Positions 53,190 through 63,281 of a DNA stretch of 64,000 bases are shown here, piece by piece. This DNA comes from Desulfurivibrionaceae bacterium (lineage in GTDB: Bacteria > Desulfobacterota > Desulfobulbia > Desulfobulbales > SURF-16): positions 5,673 to 69,672 of the forward strand of contig JAVLBA010000003.1 of the NCBI GenBank assembly GCA_031581485.1, in the 5' to 3' direction. The position numbers and the translations under genes were made by a program. Position 1 is the first letter of the stretch; each line of letters opens with the position of its first letter. The notes under the pieces are model-generated. The model ran no database searches. It was not told the origin of the DNA and was given only the letters and a program-made list of their open reading frames with translations.

Positions 53190-53651
53190 ATGGCAGAACA
53201 GCAGCGGCCCTCGTGGCACGAATATTTTCTCTCCATCACCCAACATGTGGCCACGCGTTCCACCTGTACCCGCCGCAAGGTGGGGGCAATTATTGTCCGG
53301 GACAAGAGAATTATTGCCACCGGCTATAACGGGGTGCCGGCCGGTATCCGCCACTGTGATGTGGTGGGCTGTCTGCGGGATGAATTACAGGTGCCATCTG
53401 GTGAGCGGCATGAACTCTGCCGCGGCCTCCATGCCGAGCAGAATGCCATTATCCAGGCCTCCAGCCACGGTGTCTCCATTGCCGGCTCAACCCTCTACTG
53501 CACCAATATGCCCTGTTCCATCTGCAGTAAGATGTTGATTAACGCCAAGATCAAAACTATCTGCTATGCAGAAGGCTACCCCGATGCCTTGGCGGATTCG
53601 ATGCTGGCTGAGGCCGGGATTGACGTGGTTAAATTAGATTCTGCCAAGTGA
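53190..53651 (+). CDS. dCMP deaminase family (ComEB-like) zinc deaminase
   Basis: [38 protein letters not shown], and [17 protein letters not shown] at 53190 lies 1 nt after the glyA stop. Confidence 0.85.
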   Translation: MAEQQRPSWHEYFLSITQHVATRSTCTRRKVGAIIVRDKRIIATGYNGVPAGIRHCDVVGCLRDELQVPSGERHELCRGLHAEQNAIIQASSHGVSIAGSTLYCTNMPCSICSKMLINAKIKTICYAEGYPDALADSMLAEAGIDVVKLDSAK

Positions 53652-53670
53652 GAGCGATGAGGAGAGAGAA

Positions 53671-54144
53671 ATGAAATGCCCATACTGCGGTCACCTGGAA
53701 AACAAGGTGGTGGATTCCCGTCTTAACAAGGAGTACACCATTACCCGCCGCCGCCGTAAGTGTGAGGAGTGCCAGCGGCGCTTTACCACCTATGAGCGGC
53801 TGGAGGTCACCATGCCCATGCTCATCAAAAAGGATGGGCGCCGGGAGACATGGGACCGTGTCAAGGTGGCGGATGGCCTCAAAAAGGCGTGCGAGAAAAG
53901 ACCGGTTTCCATGACCCAGATCGAGGAGTTTGTCGATGCCCTGGAGCGAGATCTCCAGGATATGGGTGAGCGGGAAATTCCCGTCAAATTGGTGGGGGCC
54001 CGGATCATGGATGGTCTGCGCAATATCGACGAGGTTGCCTATGTGCGTTTTGCCTCGGTATACCGACAGTTCAAGGATCTCAACGAGTTTATGGACGAGC
54101 TGAAAGGCTTGCTCGGGGCCAAGGAAGATGCGGCCTGCGACTGA
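53671..54144 (+). CDS. nrdR: Transcriptional repressor NrdR
   Basis: MKCPYCGH...VVDSR.....[17 protein letters not shown] zinc ribbon plus an ATP-cone. Confidence 0.93.
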   Translation: MKCPYCGHLENKVVDSRLNKEYTITRRRRKCEECQRRFTTYERLEVTMPMLIKKDGRRETWDRVKVADGLKKACEKRPVSMTQIEEFVDALERDLQDMGEREIPVKLVGARIMDGLRNIDEVAYVRFASVYRQFKDLNEFMDELKGLLGAKEDAACD

Positions 54145-55237
54145 CGCTGACCTCCCCTTCATGAAGCTGGCCCTCAAGCTTGCTCAGAAGGGCAGGGGCC
54201 GGACCTCCCCCAATCCGGTGGTGGGGGCGGTGGTGGTCAAAGAGGGCAAGGTGGTGGGCCAGGGCTATCACCAAGAGGCGGGCACCCCCCATGCCGAGGT
54301 GCATGCCCTGGCCGCTGCCGGAAAGAGGGCGCGAGGCGCCACCATGTATGTTACCCTGGAGCCCTGTAACCATACGGGCAAGACACCACCCTGTACCCAG
54401 GCCATCCTTGCCCAAGGCATCGCCCGGGTGGTGGTGGGCATGGTGGATCCCAATCCCCTGGTGGCCGGCAGTGGCTGCCGCTTTCTGGAGAGTCAAGGGG
54501 TGGAGGTGGCAGGTGAGTTGCTGGCTACGGAGTGTCGGGCCATAAATCGGCCCTTTATCAAGCATATCGGCACGGGCTGGCCCTGGGTCATCATGAAGGC
54601 CGGCTGCAGCCTTGATGGCCGTATTGCCGTGGCGGACGGCCGCTGTGCCTGGATAACCGGCGAGGAGTCCCGCCGCGAGGTGCATCGTCTGCGGGACCGG
54701 GTTGATGCCATCCTGGTGGGGGCGGATACGGCCATTAATGATGATCCCTCCCTCACCACCCGCCTGCCGGGCCGCAAGGGGCGGGATCCCCTGCGGGTGG
54801 TTTTGGACAGTGGTCTGCGCCTGCCGCCCCGGGCGCGCATGCTGAGCCAGGAGTCCCCGGCCGAGACCTGGATTTTCTGCAGCATTCCCGCGGATCAGAA
54901 AAAACGGCAGGCCCTGGAAAGGGCCGGGGCCCGGGTCATTCCTGTCTCCCCACAAGAGGGCAGGGTCAAGCTGGCGGAGGTGTTGGCAACTCTGGGTAAA
55001 GCGGGGCTCACCACGCTTCTGGTGGAGGGGGGCAGCTCGGTCCACACCTCCTTTTTAAAAGAGGATCTGGTGGATCAGGTCACCCTTTTTATGGCACCGC
55101 TCTTCCTGGGCAATGGGTCGATTCCGGTGGTGGGCGATCTGGCCATAGCAGACGTGGGCCAGGGGCGGCGATTTGAGACCAGTCGGGTGAAACGTTTCGG
55201 CAACGATGTCCTGATCGAGGGCTTTTTCAGCCGGTAG
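54128..55237 (+). CDS. ribD: Bifunctional riboflavin biosynthesis deaminase/reductase RibD
   Basis: [34 protein letters not shown], and [13 protein letters not shown], followed by the reductase domain. Confidence 0.92.
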   Translation: MRPATDADLPFMKLALKLAQKGRGRTSPNPVVGAVVVKEGKVVGQGYHQEAGTPHAEVHALAAAGKRARGATMYVTLEPCNHTGKTPPCTQAILAQGIARVVVGMVDPNPLVAGSGCRFLESQGVEVAGELLATECRAINRPFIKHIGTGWPWVIMKAGCSLDGRIAVADGRCAWITGEESRREVHRLRDRVDAILVGADTAINDDPSLTTRLPGRKGRDPLRVVLDSGLRLPPRARMLSQESPAETWIFCSIPADQKKRQALERAGARVIPVSPQEGRVKLAEVLATLGKAGLTTLLVEGGSSVHTSFLKEDLVDQVTLFMAPLFLGNGSIPVVGDLAIADVGQGRRFETSRVKRFGNDVLIEGFFSR

Positions 55238-55275
55238 AGAATTTTTATAAAGGGAAACCGGGCCCATGCCCGGAC

Positions 55276-55944
55276 ATGAAGAAAATGTTTACAGGAATCA
55301 TTCAAGGCCAGGGGCGTCTCCTGGAAAAAAGACCAAGCGGCGGCGGCATGCTCTTTGTGATTGAGGCGGATTTTGATCTGCCCGATCCGCAGGAGGGGGA
55401 GTCCATCGCCTGCAACGGTGTCTGCCTTACCGCCAAAGAAATCAAGGGCCGTCGTTTTGCGGTGGATGTCTCGCCTGAGAGCCTGACCCGTACCAATTTA
55501 GGGGACAAGGCCACCGGCTCTTTCCTTAATCTGGAACGGGCCTTACGGTTAAGCGATCGTCTGGGCGGTCACCTGGTCAGCGGCCATGTGGACGGGGTGG
55601 CGCGGGTTCTGGCGCGCACGCCTGAGGGAGATTTTGTGCGGTTTCTCTTTTCAATCCCCCCTGGCTGCGGCCGGTATCTCATTGAAAAGGGCTCCATCAC
55701 CATTGACGGCATCAGCCTGACGGTGAATGGCTGCGATGCTTCTACCTTCAGTGTCGCCATCATCCCTCACACCCTGGAGATCACCAGTCTGGGGTCACTC
55801 AGCCAGGGGGCAGAGGTCAATATTGAGGTGGATCTCATTGGTAAGTATGTGGAAAAATTACTCTCTGTCCAAAAGGATGAGGGAGGAGGTGCCGGTTCCG
55901 GTATTAACCCTGCCTTTCTGGCGGAAAATGGTTTTTTGAAGTAA
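55276..55944 (+). CDS. ribE: Riboflavin synthase alpha chain
   Basis: MFTGIIQGQG...CNGVCLT...SGHVDG...GSITIDGISLTV. The canonical N-terminus MFTGII would start at 55285. Confidence 0.9.
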   Translation: MKKMFTGIIQGQGRLLEKRPSGGGMLFVIEADFDLPDPQEGESIACNGVCLTAKEIKGRRFAVDVSPESLTRTNLGDKATGSFLNLERALRLSDRLGGHLVSGHVDGVARVLARTPEGDFVRFLFSIPPGCGRYLIEKGSITIDGISLTVNGCDASTFSVAIIPHTLEITSLGSLSQGAEVNIEVDLIGKYVEKLLSVQKDEGGGAGSGINPAFLAENGFLK

Positions 55945-56125
55945 TGATGCTCCCGTAAAAAGTCCCTGGCGCCAAGACCATGTGACATTAAATCAGTAAG
56001 AGAAACTCTGTTCCGGTGGCCGTACATTACTTTTCGAAGGTCTCGTAAACTCGCTATCTGCGGGGCCATTAATAATAATATGAACATCGCCATGGCGGTG
56101 GACGCAAAATAGATAGGTTATTTGT

Positions 56126-57334
56126 ATGGCGGTAAGCTCTATAGAAGAAGCAATTGAAGATATCAGGGCCGGCAAAATGGTCATTCTGGTGGATGATGAA
56201 GACCGGGAAAATGAAGGTGACCTCTTTATGGCCGCCCAGATGGCCACTCCGGAGGCCATCAACTTCATGGCCACCCACGGCCGCGGCCTCATCTGTCTCA
56301 CCCTGACTGCGGAACAACTGGAGCAGTTGCAGATTCCCATGATGGTCCGCGACAATACCTGTCCCTATGAGACGGCCTTTACCGTCTCTATTGAGGCCAG
56401 GGCCGGGGTCACCACCGGTATTTCCGCAGCTGATCGGGCCCGCACCATCCAGGTGGCGGCAAGTCCGGATGCCAGGCCGTCTGATCTGGTCAGCCCCGGT
56501 CATGTCTTTCCTCTCAGGGCCCGGCGGGGCGGGGTACTGGTGCGTACCGGTCAGACCGAGGGTTCCGTTGATCTCTGTCGTCTCTCAGGACTGACCCCGG
56601 CCGGGGTCATCTGCGAGATCATGAAAGATGACGGCACCATGGCCCGCATGCCTGATCTCGAGGTCTTTGCCCAGGAGCATGATCTGAAGATCGTCACCAT
56701 CGCTGATCTCATCGCCTACAGAATGCAGAAGGACACCTTGGTGCACCGGGCTGCTGAGACCAAGATGCCCACCCGTTTCGGCGGTGAATTCAGGGCCGTG
56801 GTCTATACCAATGACGTGGACAGCTTTGAGCATATCGCCCTGGTCAAGGGGGATATTTCGGCGGATGAGCCGGTTCTGGTTCGCGTCCATTCCGAGTGTC
56901 TTACCGGTGATGTCTTTGGCTCCATGCGCTGCGACTGCGGCAGCCAGCTCCATGCCGCCATGCAGATGGTGGGCAAGGAAGGCAAGGGCATTATCCTCTA
57001 TATGCACCAGGAGGGCCGCGGCATCGGCCTGGTCAACAAGATCAAGGCCTATGCCCTTCAGGATCAGGGGATGGACACCGTGGAGGCCAATCTGGAGCTT
57101 GGTTTCAAGGCTGATCTGCGCGACTATGGCATCGGTGCCCAGATCCTGCGTGATCTCGGGGTGCGCAAGATGAAATTGATGACCAATAACCCCAAAAAAA
57201 TCGTCGGCCTTGAGGGCTACGGCATCGAGGTTGTTGACCGGGTCTCCATTGAGTCTGCACCTGTACCTGAAAATTTGGGCTATCTGCAGTGTAAACGTGA
57301 TAAAATGGGACATTTGCTGGAGTTCAAGGATTAA
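56126..57334 (+). CDS. ribBA: Bifunctional 3,4-dihydroxy-2-butanone-4-phosphate synthase / GTP cyclohydrolase II
   Basis: [20 protein letters not shown] (RibB) and [23 protein letters not shown] (RibA zinc site). Confidence 0.93.
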   Translation: MAVSSIEEAIEDIRAGKMVILVDDEDRENEGDLFMAAQMATPEAINFMATHGRGLICLTLTAEQLEQLQIPMMVRDNTCPYETAFTVSIEARAGVTTGISAADRARTIQVAASPDARPSDLVSPGHVFPLRARRGGVLVRTGQTEGSVDLCRLSGLTPAGVICEIMKDDGTMARMPDLEVFAQEHDLKIVTIADLIAYRMQKDTLVHRAAETKMPTRFGGEFRAVVYTNDVDSFEHIALVKGDISADEPVLVRVHSECLTGDVFGSMRCDCGSQLHAAMQMVGKEGKGIILYMHQEGRGIGLVNKIKAYALQDQGMDTVEANLELGFKADLRDYGIGAQILRDLGVRKMKLMTNNPKKIVGLEGYGIEVVDRVSIESAPVPENLGYLQCKRDKMGHLLEFKD

Positions 57335-57405
57335 CAGGCCGCCATGAAAAGCGTCTGCTGAGACGTCCCGGAATGAATAGATTAATCCCTCCCAGGAGAG
57401 AAATA

Positions 57406-57870
57406 ATGGCAAAATTTATTGAAGGAAACTTAAGCGCCGGGGGTAAGAAATTCGGCATCATTGTGGCGCGTTTTAACAGCTTTATCGGCGAGCGCCTCCT
57501 GGAAGGGGCCATGGACACCTTGATCCGTTCCGGGGCCAGTGGTGATGACATCGAGGTGCTGCGGGTCCCCGGGGCCTTTGAGATCCCCCTGGTGGCCCAG
57601 AAGATGGCACGCTCCGGTCGCTATGATGCCGTGATCTGTCTGGGTGCCGTGATCCGCGGGGCCACCCCCCATTTTGACTTTGTTGCCAATGAGGCGGTCA
57701 AGGGGATTGCCCAGGCCAGCATGGATGCGGATCTGCCCATCATCTTCGGCATCCTCACCACAGATACCATTGAGCAGGCCATTGAGCGGGCAGGGACCAA
57801 GGCCGGCAATAAGGGCGCCGACTGTGCCATGACCGCCATTGAGATGGTTAATCTCCTGGCCCAGTTTTAA
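57406..57870 (+). CDS. ribH: 6,7-dimethyl-8-ribityllumazine synthase
   Basis: [20 protein letters not shown]...[10 protein letters not shown]...[26 protein letters not shown]. Confidence 0.93.
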   Translation: MAKFIEGNLSAGGKKFGIIVARFNSFIGERLLEGAMDTLIRSGASGDDIEVLRVPGAFEIPLVAQKMARSGRYDAVICLGAVIRGATPHFDFVANEAVKGIAQASMDADLPIIFGILTTDTIEQAIERAGTKAGNKGADCAMTAIEMVNLLAQF

Positions 57871-57892
57871 CATCTAATGCCATGAAACAGCG

Positions 57893-57940
57893 GAAGGGAC
57901 GCCTCTGATCACGCAGATCGAGATGTCCCTTCTGTTTTTT
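57893..57940 (+). terminator. Hairpin terminator/attenuator between ribH and nusB
   Basis: Stem GAAGGGAC (57893-57900) / GTCCCTTC (57925-57932) followed by a T-run (57934-57940). The loop is long (24 nt). Confidence 0.5.
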
Positions 57941-57957
57941 GTGACCAGTGAAATAAA

Positions 57958-58371
57958 ATGAAAGGATTACGCAGTAAGGCCCGGGAACTTGCCCTGCAAT
58001 GTCTCTATCAGATTGATCAGAGCAGCAACCCGGATGCGGATATTGAGCTTATCGGTCAGAATTTTCAGGCCACCAAGAAGGCGGTGGTGTATGGCAGCGC
58101 CTTGGTGAACGGCGTCAAGGAGCATCTTGACGAAATAGACAACCTGATTACGATTCATGCCGAGAACTGGAAGGTGAGCCGGATGGCGGTTATTGACCGT
58201 AACATCCTGCGCATCGCCCTCTACGAGATGCTTTATGTCTCTGACGTGCCTGATGCGGTGGCCGTCAACGAGGCCGTTGATATCGCCAAACGTTTCAGTA
58301 GCGATGAGGCGCCGGCCTTTATTAACGGCATCTTGGACGCCTTTTGCAAGACCAGAGAGGCTGAAAGGTGA
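57958..58371 (+). CDS. nusB: Transcription antitermination factor NusB
   Basis: RSKARELALQCLYQID......W...RMAVIDRNILRIALYEM.....P..V.VNEAV.IAK.F. Confidence 0.9.
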   Translation: MKGLRSKARELALQCLYQIDQSSNPDADIELIGQNFQATKKAVVYGSALVNGVKEHLDEIDNLITIHAENWKVSRMAVIDRNILRIALYEMLYVSDVPDAVAVNEAVDIAKRFSSDEAPAFINGILDAFCKTREAER

Positions 58372-58442
58372 AAGAGGCAGCTTTTTTCTGAGGGACGTTT
58401 TTTCGCGCCACACCAAAAATAACAGGAAGGGGAGCAAAGGCA

Positions 58443-60590
58443 ATGCGCGACGCAACAGAAAACCTGGCGAGTGAATTTCGGCCCCATTTCGGCCTGGAGA
58501 TCATTGCGGTTGTGGGGCTGGTACTTTCTCTGTTCTTTCTTCTCTCCCTGGTCAGTTTTTCTGTGCCGGGCAGTGCCCAGGAAATCGCCAATTGGGGAGG
58601 TGCGGTGGGCCAGCTTTTTGCCACCGCTCTCATGAGCTTTGTTGGCTTTTCCTCCTTCTGGATTCCCTTTCTCCTCATTCTCCTCTCTATCTCCCTTTTT
58701 GTGCCGGATGCCCTTGTCAAAAGGCTGCCCTATATCTGTCTGGGGTGTACCGGCCTCATGGTAGCAAGCTCCACCATGCTGGCCGCCATCGGTCTGCAGG
58801 AGATCTACCTGCTCAGCCGGACCTATCCCCTGGGAGGCTATCTGGGTAATAAGGTCTATGGCCTCAGCGCCGCCTATTTTGGTGGGCCCGGTGCCGTCCT
58901 CTTCTCCTGTGCCCTCTTTTTTCTCTCCTTCATGCTCCTGCTGCGCTTTTCCCCCTATCTGGTGGGCCGGTGGATTGTGTCCAGCATCAGGAGAATATGG
59001 GTTGACTGGCAGGCCAGCCGTATTGCCCAAGACGATGAAAAGATCAGGCCAGCGGCAACGGCCAAGGGCAGGAAAAAGAAGGCGGAACCCCTAGCGGACG
59101 GGCCGCCTATTTTTCCTGCCGTCAAAGAGCCGGTTCGCCTGACCATGGCAGAGGATGATACGGAATTTGCCCCGGTGGCTGTTGAGCCTGGGGAGTACCG
59201 GTTGCCCACCCTCCATCTGCTGGATAAGGCGGTGAGCGACGAGGTGGCTGTTGATAAGGAGCATTATCTCGGGGTCAGTCAGCTTCTGGAGTCCAAACTC
59301 GATGAGTTCGGGGTGCGGGGCAAAGTCACCGGCATATCGCCTGGGCCGGTGGTCACTACCTATGAATTCGAGCCGGCTGCCGGGGTCAAGATCAACAGGG
59401 TGGTTTCCCTGGCCGACGATCTGGCCCTGGTCTTAAAGGCGGAAAGTGTCCGGGTTGCCGGTTCCATCCCCGGCAAGGCCGCCCTGGGTATTGAGATTCC
59501 CAATCCGAGGCGGCAGATCGTCTACATCCGCGACATCATGGCCACCCCTAAGTTCCAGCAGGCCCGTTCCATGCTGACCCTGGGGCTGGGGATGGATGTG
59601 GTGGGCAACACAGTGATGGCGGACCTGGCCAGGATGCCGCATCTTCTCATTGCCGGCGCCACCGGGGCGGGTAAGAGTGTGGCCATCAATACCATTATCT
59701 GTTCCATCCTCATGCGGGCCACCCCGGATGAGGTGCGGTTGTTGATGATTGATCCCAAGCGCATTGAGCTCTCCACCTACGAGGGCATCCCTCATCTTCT
59801 CCACCCCGTGGTGGTGGACCCCAAGATGGCCAGCCGGGCCCTGCAGTGGGCGGTGAAGGAGATGGAGCGCCGCTATTCGCTCATGGAGGAGGAGCGGGTC
59901 AAGAGTTTTGCCTCCTATAACGAGAGTGCCGCGGAGAAGCTGCCCCTCATTGTTATTATCATTGATGAGCTGGCTGACCTGATGATGGTCTGCTCCAAGG
60001 ATGTGGAGGGGTCGGTGGCCCGCCTGGCCCAGATGGCCCGGGCCGCCGGCATGCATCTCATCCTGGCGACCCAGCGGCCCTCCGTGGATGTGCTCACCGG
60101 CCTCATCAAGGCCAATTTCCCCACCCGGATGTCCTTCAAGGTTGCCTCCAAAATAGATTCCCGCACCATTTTGGACGCCTCCGGCGCTGAACATCTGTTG
60201 GGCGCCGGCGACATGCTCTTTCTTCCTCCTGGCACGGCCCGCCTGCAGCGGATCCACGGGGCCTATATTTCTGAAAAAGAGACGGAACGGATCGTTGCTT
60301 TCCTGAAGAGTCAGGGGGCTGCCACCTATGATGAGGAGATGCTCAAATCGGTGGAGGAAGAAGCAGGTCTCAGCGGCGCTGCGGATGAGGAGTATGACGA
60401 GAAGTATGATGAGGCCGTGACTGTGGTCTGTGAGTCCGGCCAAGCCTCCATCTCCGGGGTGCAGCGCCGGCTGCGGGTGGGCTATAACCGGGCGGCCCGG
60501 ATCATTGAAACCATGGAAAGAGAAGGGCTGGTGGGTCCGGCAGACGGTGCCAAACCCCGGGAAGTTCTGGCCAGGCGCGATTATTCCTGA
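58443..60590 (+). CDS. ftsK: DNA translocase FtsK
   Basis: N-terminal TM domain, motor domain with Walker A AGATGAGKSV and IIIDELADLMM, and a C-terminal gamma winged helix (ISGVQRRLRVGYNRAARIIETME). Confidence 0.93.
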   Translation: MRDATENLASEFRPHFGLEIIAVVGLVLSLFFLLSLVSFSVPGSAQEIANWGGAVGQLFATALMSFVGFSSFWIPFLLILLSISLFVPDALVKRLPYICLGCTGLMVASSTMLAAIGLQEIYLLSRTYPLGGYLGNKVYGLSAAYFGGPGAVLFSCALFFLSFMLLLRFSPYLVGRWIVSSIRRIWVDWQASRIAQDDEKIRPAATAKGRKKKAEPLADGPPIFPAVKEPVRLTMAEDDTEFAPVAVEPGEYRLPTLHLLDKAVSDEVAVDKEHYLGVSQLLESKLDEFGVRGKVTGISPGPVVTTYEFEPAAGVKINRVVSLADDLALVLKAESVRVAGSIPGKAALGIEIPNPRRQIVYIRDIMATPKFQQARSMLTLGLGMDVVGNTVMADLARMPHLLIAGATGAGKSVAINTIICSILMRATPDEVRLLMIDPKRIELSTYEGIPHLLHPVVVDPKMASRALQWAVKEMERRYSLMEEERVKSFASYNESAAEKLPLIVIIIDELADLMMVCSKDVEGSVARLAQMARAAGMHLILATQRPSVDVLTGLIKANFPTRMSFKVASKIDSRTILDASGAEHLLGAGDMLFLPPGTARLQRIHGAYISEKETERIVAFLKSQGAATYDEEMLKSVEEEAGLSGAADEEYDEKYDEAVTVVCESGQASISGVQRRLRVGYNRAARIIETMEREGLVGPADGAKPREVLARRDYS

Positions 60591-60669
60591 TGGGTTCGCT
60601 GATTTTTCTCCTTGCCCAACAGGGTAAAAAGCAATAGAATAATACATTCTTAAAAAAGGTGCTACGGCG

Positions 60670-61080
60670 ATGCTGAAACGATTTTCCATTTCCCTGGAAG
60701 AGGATCTCCTTGAAGATTTTGATGAGTTTATCAAGCAGCGCCGCTATGAGAACCGTTCCGAGGCCATCCGTGACCTGATCCGCAGCTCCTTTATCAAGGA
60801 TGAGTGGCAGGCGGATAAGGATGTCATGGGGGTGATCACCGTGGTTTATGACCATCATCAGCCCAACCTCCAGGAAAAGGTCACTGAGCTGCAGCATGAT
60901 TATCACCAGCAGATCGTCTCCACCACCCATGTCCACATGGACCATCATAATTGTCTTGAGGTCATTATTGTCCGGGGCAAGGCAGCTGAGGTGAAGGAGC
61001 TGGCCAACAGGCTCACTTCCTTGCGCGGCGTCCGCGACGGCAAGCTGGCCATGAGCTCCACCGGCAAACATCTCCATTAA
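60670..61080 (+). CDS. nikR: Nickel-responsive regulator NikR
   Basis: N-terminal ribbon-helix-helix RFSISLEEDLLEDFDEFI...YENRSEAIRDLIR. C-terminal ACT-like Ni site with His-rich motifs (VYDHH..., HVHMDHHNCLEV). Confidence 0.88.
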   Translation: MLKRFSISLEEDLLEDFDEFIKQRRYENRSEAIRDLIRSSFIKDEWQADKDVMGVITVVYDHHQPNLQEKVTELQHDYHQQIVSTTHVHMDHHNCLEVIIVRGKAAEVKELANRLTSLRGVRDGKLAMSSTGKHLH

Positions 61081-61189
61081 TGCCCCTCTCTGAGGCCTTT
61101 TTTTTCAACAGCGGCGCCAAGGGGAAAAAAGGGGCCCTGTGTTCGGGAGCTGCCTGGCATTGCCTCGTGGGGTTTTTTTTACGCATCCG

Positions 61190-61217
61190 GTAACACATAA
61201 AAAGAATATGTGTTGTC
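61190..61217 (+). promoter_or_regulatory. Candidate NikR operator upstream of the nickel transporter
   Basis: Inverted repeat AACACATA (61192-61199) - 7 nt - TATGTGTT (61207-61214), within GTAACACATA...TATGTGTTGTC. Lies about 20 nt upstream of the nikM/cbiM ATG. GTAACAC-type half sites resemble reported NikR boxes. Confidence 0.5.
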
Positions 61218-61235
61218 AGTCACTTGGGAGTCACT

Positions 61236-61868
61236 ATGCATCTTGCCGAGGGAATCCTCTCCGGGCCGATACTTCTTGGCGGCGCGGTGCTGGCCGTGGC
61301 GGGCACCGCCATTGGCCTGAAAAAAATCGATCAGGAAAGGATCATGACCACGGCCCTTCTCGGCGCGGCCTTTTTTGTGGCCTCCCTGGTGCATGTCCCT
61401 GTCGGCCCCGGGAGTGCCCATCTCCTGTTAAACGGGCTCATGGCCCTGATTCTCGGCTGGGGCTGTTTCCCGGCCATTCTGGTGGCCCTGGTGCTTCAGG
61501 CCCTCTTTTTTCAGTTCGGCGGCTTCACCGTCCTTGGCGTCAATGTGGTTATTATTGCCGGTTCAGGTCTGCTTGGCTCCTTCTTTTTTCGGCCATGGCT
61601 GGTGTCTCCAGCCAAAAGGGCCCTGGCCGCTTTTCTGGCCGGTTTTTTGTCCGTGGCCTGCGCCGCCTTGTTCATGGCCCTTATTCTGGTCAGCACGGAT
61701 CAACATTTTCTGGCCACGGCCAAGGTGGTCTTTGTTGCCCACCTGCCCGTGATGGTGGTGGAGGGGTTGATCACCATGTTTGTTGTGCAGTTTCTGGCCA
61801 GGGTGCAGCCGGAGATCCTCAATATCGCTCCTGATGGCAAGGGACGTGGAGAAAAGAATGGTTTTTAA
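61236..61868 (+). CDS. cbiM: ECF-type Ni/Co transporter substrate-capture component (CbiM/NikM)
   Basis: MHLAEGILSGPILLGGAVLA is the hallmark CbiM/NikM N-terminus (metal-binding Met-His). About 6 TM segments. Confidence 0.88.
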   Translation: MHLAEGILSGPILLGGAVLAVAGTAIGLKKIDQERIMTTALLGAAFFVASLVHVPVGPGSAHLLLNGLMALILGWGCFPAILVALVLQALFFQFGGFTVLGVNVVIIAGSGLLGSFFFRPWLVSPAKRALAAFLAGFLSVACAALFMALILVSTDQHFLATAKVVFVAHLPVMVVEGLITMFVVQFLARVQPEILNIAPDGKGRGEKNGF

Positions 61869-62475
61869 TTTTGCAAGCTGCAGCCCCCTGAAGGGGCGTC
61901 ACCTCTGGGGGCCGACAGCTCTTTTTGTCCTGCTTTTGCTGTTGGCTTCTCCTGCCTATGGCCATAGGGTTACTATCTTCGCCTATGCGGAGGGCGATTT
62001 CATAAAAACAGAGAGCCGCTTCAGCGGGGGCCGGGCGGCCCGCAACTGCACCGTTAGGGTGCACTCTCTCCCTGACCAGGCGCTGGTGGCCAGCGGCCAG
62101 AGTGATGAGCAGGGTTTTTTTGCCTTTCCCCTGCCCGGTGAGGCAGCAGACCTGGATATCAGCATCACCTGCGGCGACGGCCACCGTGGCACCTGGCGCC
62201 TGGAGGCCCAGGAGTATCTTCCTGCTGAGGCCCAGCCCGCCCCCCACCTCCATGAATCCCCCGAGCAGGTGGTGCCCCTGGCCAGTGGGGCTCAAGAGGC
62301 GCTTCTGCGCCAAATCATAGCAGAAGAAGTGGAGAAAAAGGTGGCGCCGCTGCGCCGTGATCTGGCCCGCCTCGCCGCTCAGAAGACCAGTGTGGCCGAT
62401 ATCCTGGGCGGTATCGGCTATATCCTGGGGCTGGCTGGTCTTGCCAGTTATATGAAATATAAGAAAAGGAAATAA
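61858..62475 (+). CDS. Transporter accessory component in the CbiN/NikL position (signal peptide, periplasmic domain, C-terminal TM anchor)
   Basis: Overlaps cbiM by 11 nt. A signal-like segment ALFVLLLLLASPAYG is followed by HRVTIFAYAEGD.... The C-terminal TM is ILGGIGYILGLAGLASYMKYKKRK. Larger than a typical CbiN. Confidence 0.6.
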   Translation: MVFNFASCSPLKGRHLWGPTALFVLLLLLASPAYGHRVTIFAYAEGDFIKTESRFSGGRAARNCTVRVHSLPDQALVASGQSDEQGFFAFPLPGEAADLDISITCGDGHRGTWRLEAQEYLPAEAQPAPHLHESPEQVVPLASGAQEALLRQIIAEEVEKKVAPLRRDLARLAAQKTSVADILGGIGYILGLAGLASYMKYKKRK

Positions 62476-62510
62476 CGGCGCTTCTGCGCCTGTGCCCGCA
62501 ATGACGACCT

Positions 62511-63281
62511 ATGAACCTTGAATGTTTTAGTTCTGGTAGCTCCCCCCTGCACCGGGCGGATGTGCGCCTGAAGATGATCGGCGCCTTTTTATTGAGCGTC
62601 ACCGTGGCCCTCTGTTACAGCCTGCCGGCGCCCCTGCTGGCCCTGGGCGTGGCCCTCCTCCTGCTGGGGTCGGCCCGTCTGCCCTTGCTCAAGGTGGGCC
62701 GGCGTCTCCTGGTGGTAAATCTCTTTACCCTCCTTTTCTGGCTCACCCTGCCTTTTACCGTGCCCGGCCCGACCGTGATGGAGATGGGGCCCCTTGTGGT
62801 CAGTGGCGCCGGGATCGCCCTGGCTGCCTTGATAACCGTTAAAACCAATGCCATTGTCCTCATTTTTATGGCCCTGGTCGCCACCTCGGGGGTGACGGCT
62901 ATCGGCCATGGCCTGGCTGGTCTCAAGGTCCCTCCTCGTTTCTGCATGCTGCTCCTCTTCACCTATCGCTACATCTTCGTCCTGCAGCAGGAATATCAGC
63001 GTCTGCGCCGGGCCGCCCTGCTGCGGGGCTTCCGGCCGGCCACCACCATGCACACCTATCGCACCTATGGCAACCTGCTGGGCATGACCTTGGTGAAAAG
63101 CTGGCAGCGGGGGAGGCGGGTCCAGCAGGCCATGGAGCTGCGTGGTTTTCAGGGCCATTTTTATGTGCTGGAGGGCCGCCCCCTGGCCGCTGCGGACTGG
63201 GGACTCCTGGCCCTGCTTTTGGGAGCCGCCCTGGGGGTCGCCTGCATGGAGCTGCTGGGCGCGCCGGGGGGCTGGTCATGA
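62511..63281 (+). CDS. cbiQ: ECF transporter T component (CbiQ/NikQ)
   Basis: 256-aa membrane protein with the CbiQ-like ..RYIF.L..E.....A...RG motif (YRYIFVLQQEYQRLRRAALLRG). Confidence 0.85.
   Translation: MNLECFSSGSSPLHRADVRLKMIGAFLLSVTVALCYSLPAPLLALGVALLLLGSARLPLLKVGRRLLVVNLFTLLFWLTLPFTVPGPTVMEMGPLVVSGAGIALAALITVKTNAIVLIFMALVATSGVTAIGHGLAGLKVPPRFCMLLLFTYRYIFVLQQEYQRLRRAALLRGFRPATTMHTYRTYGNLLGMTLVKSWQRGRRVQQAMELRGFQGHFYVLEGRPLAAADWGLLALLLGAALGVACMELLGAPGGWS

Noticed and set aside
55945-56125. Possible FMN (RFN) riboswitch in the 181-nt gap before ribBA (also considered upstream of ribD)
   Set aside because: I could not find the conserved RFN core elements (GGGCAGGGTGAAATTCCC / CCGACAGT...GGATGGGAGAA-type segments) on either strand.
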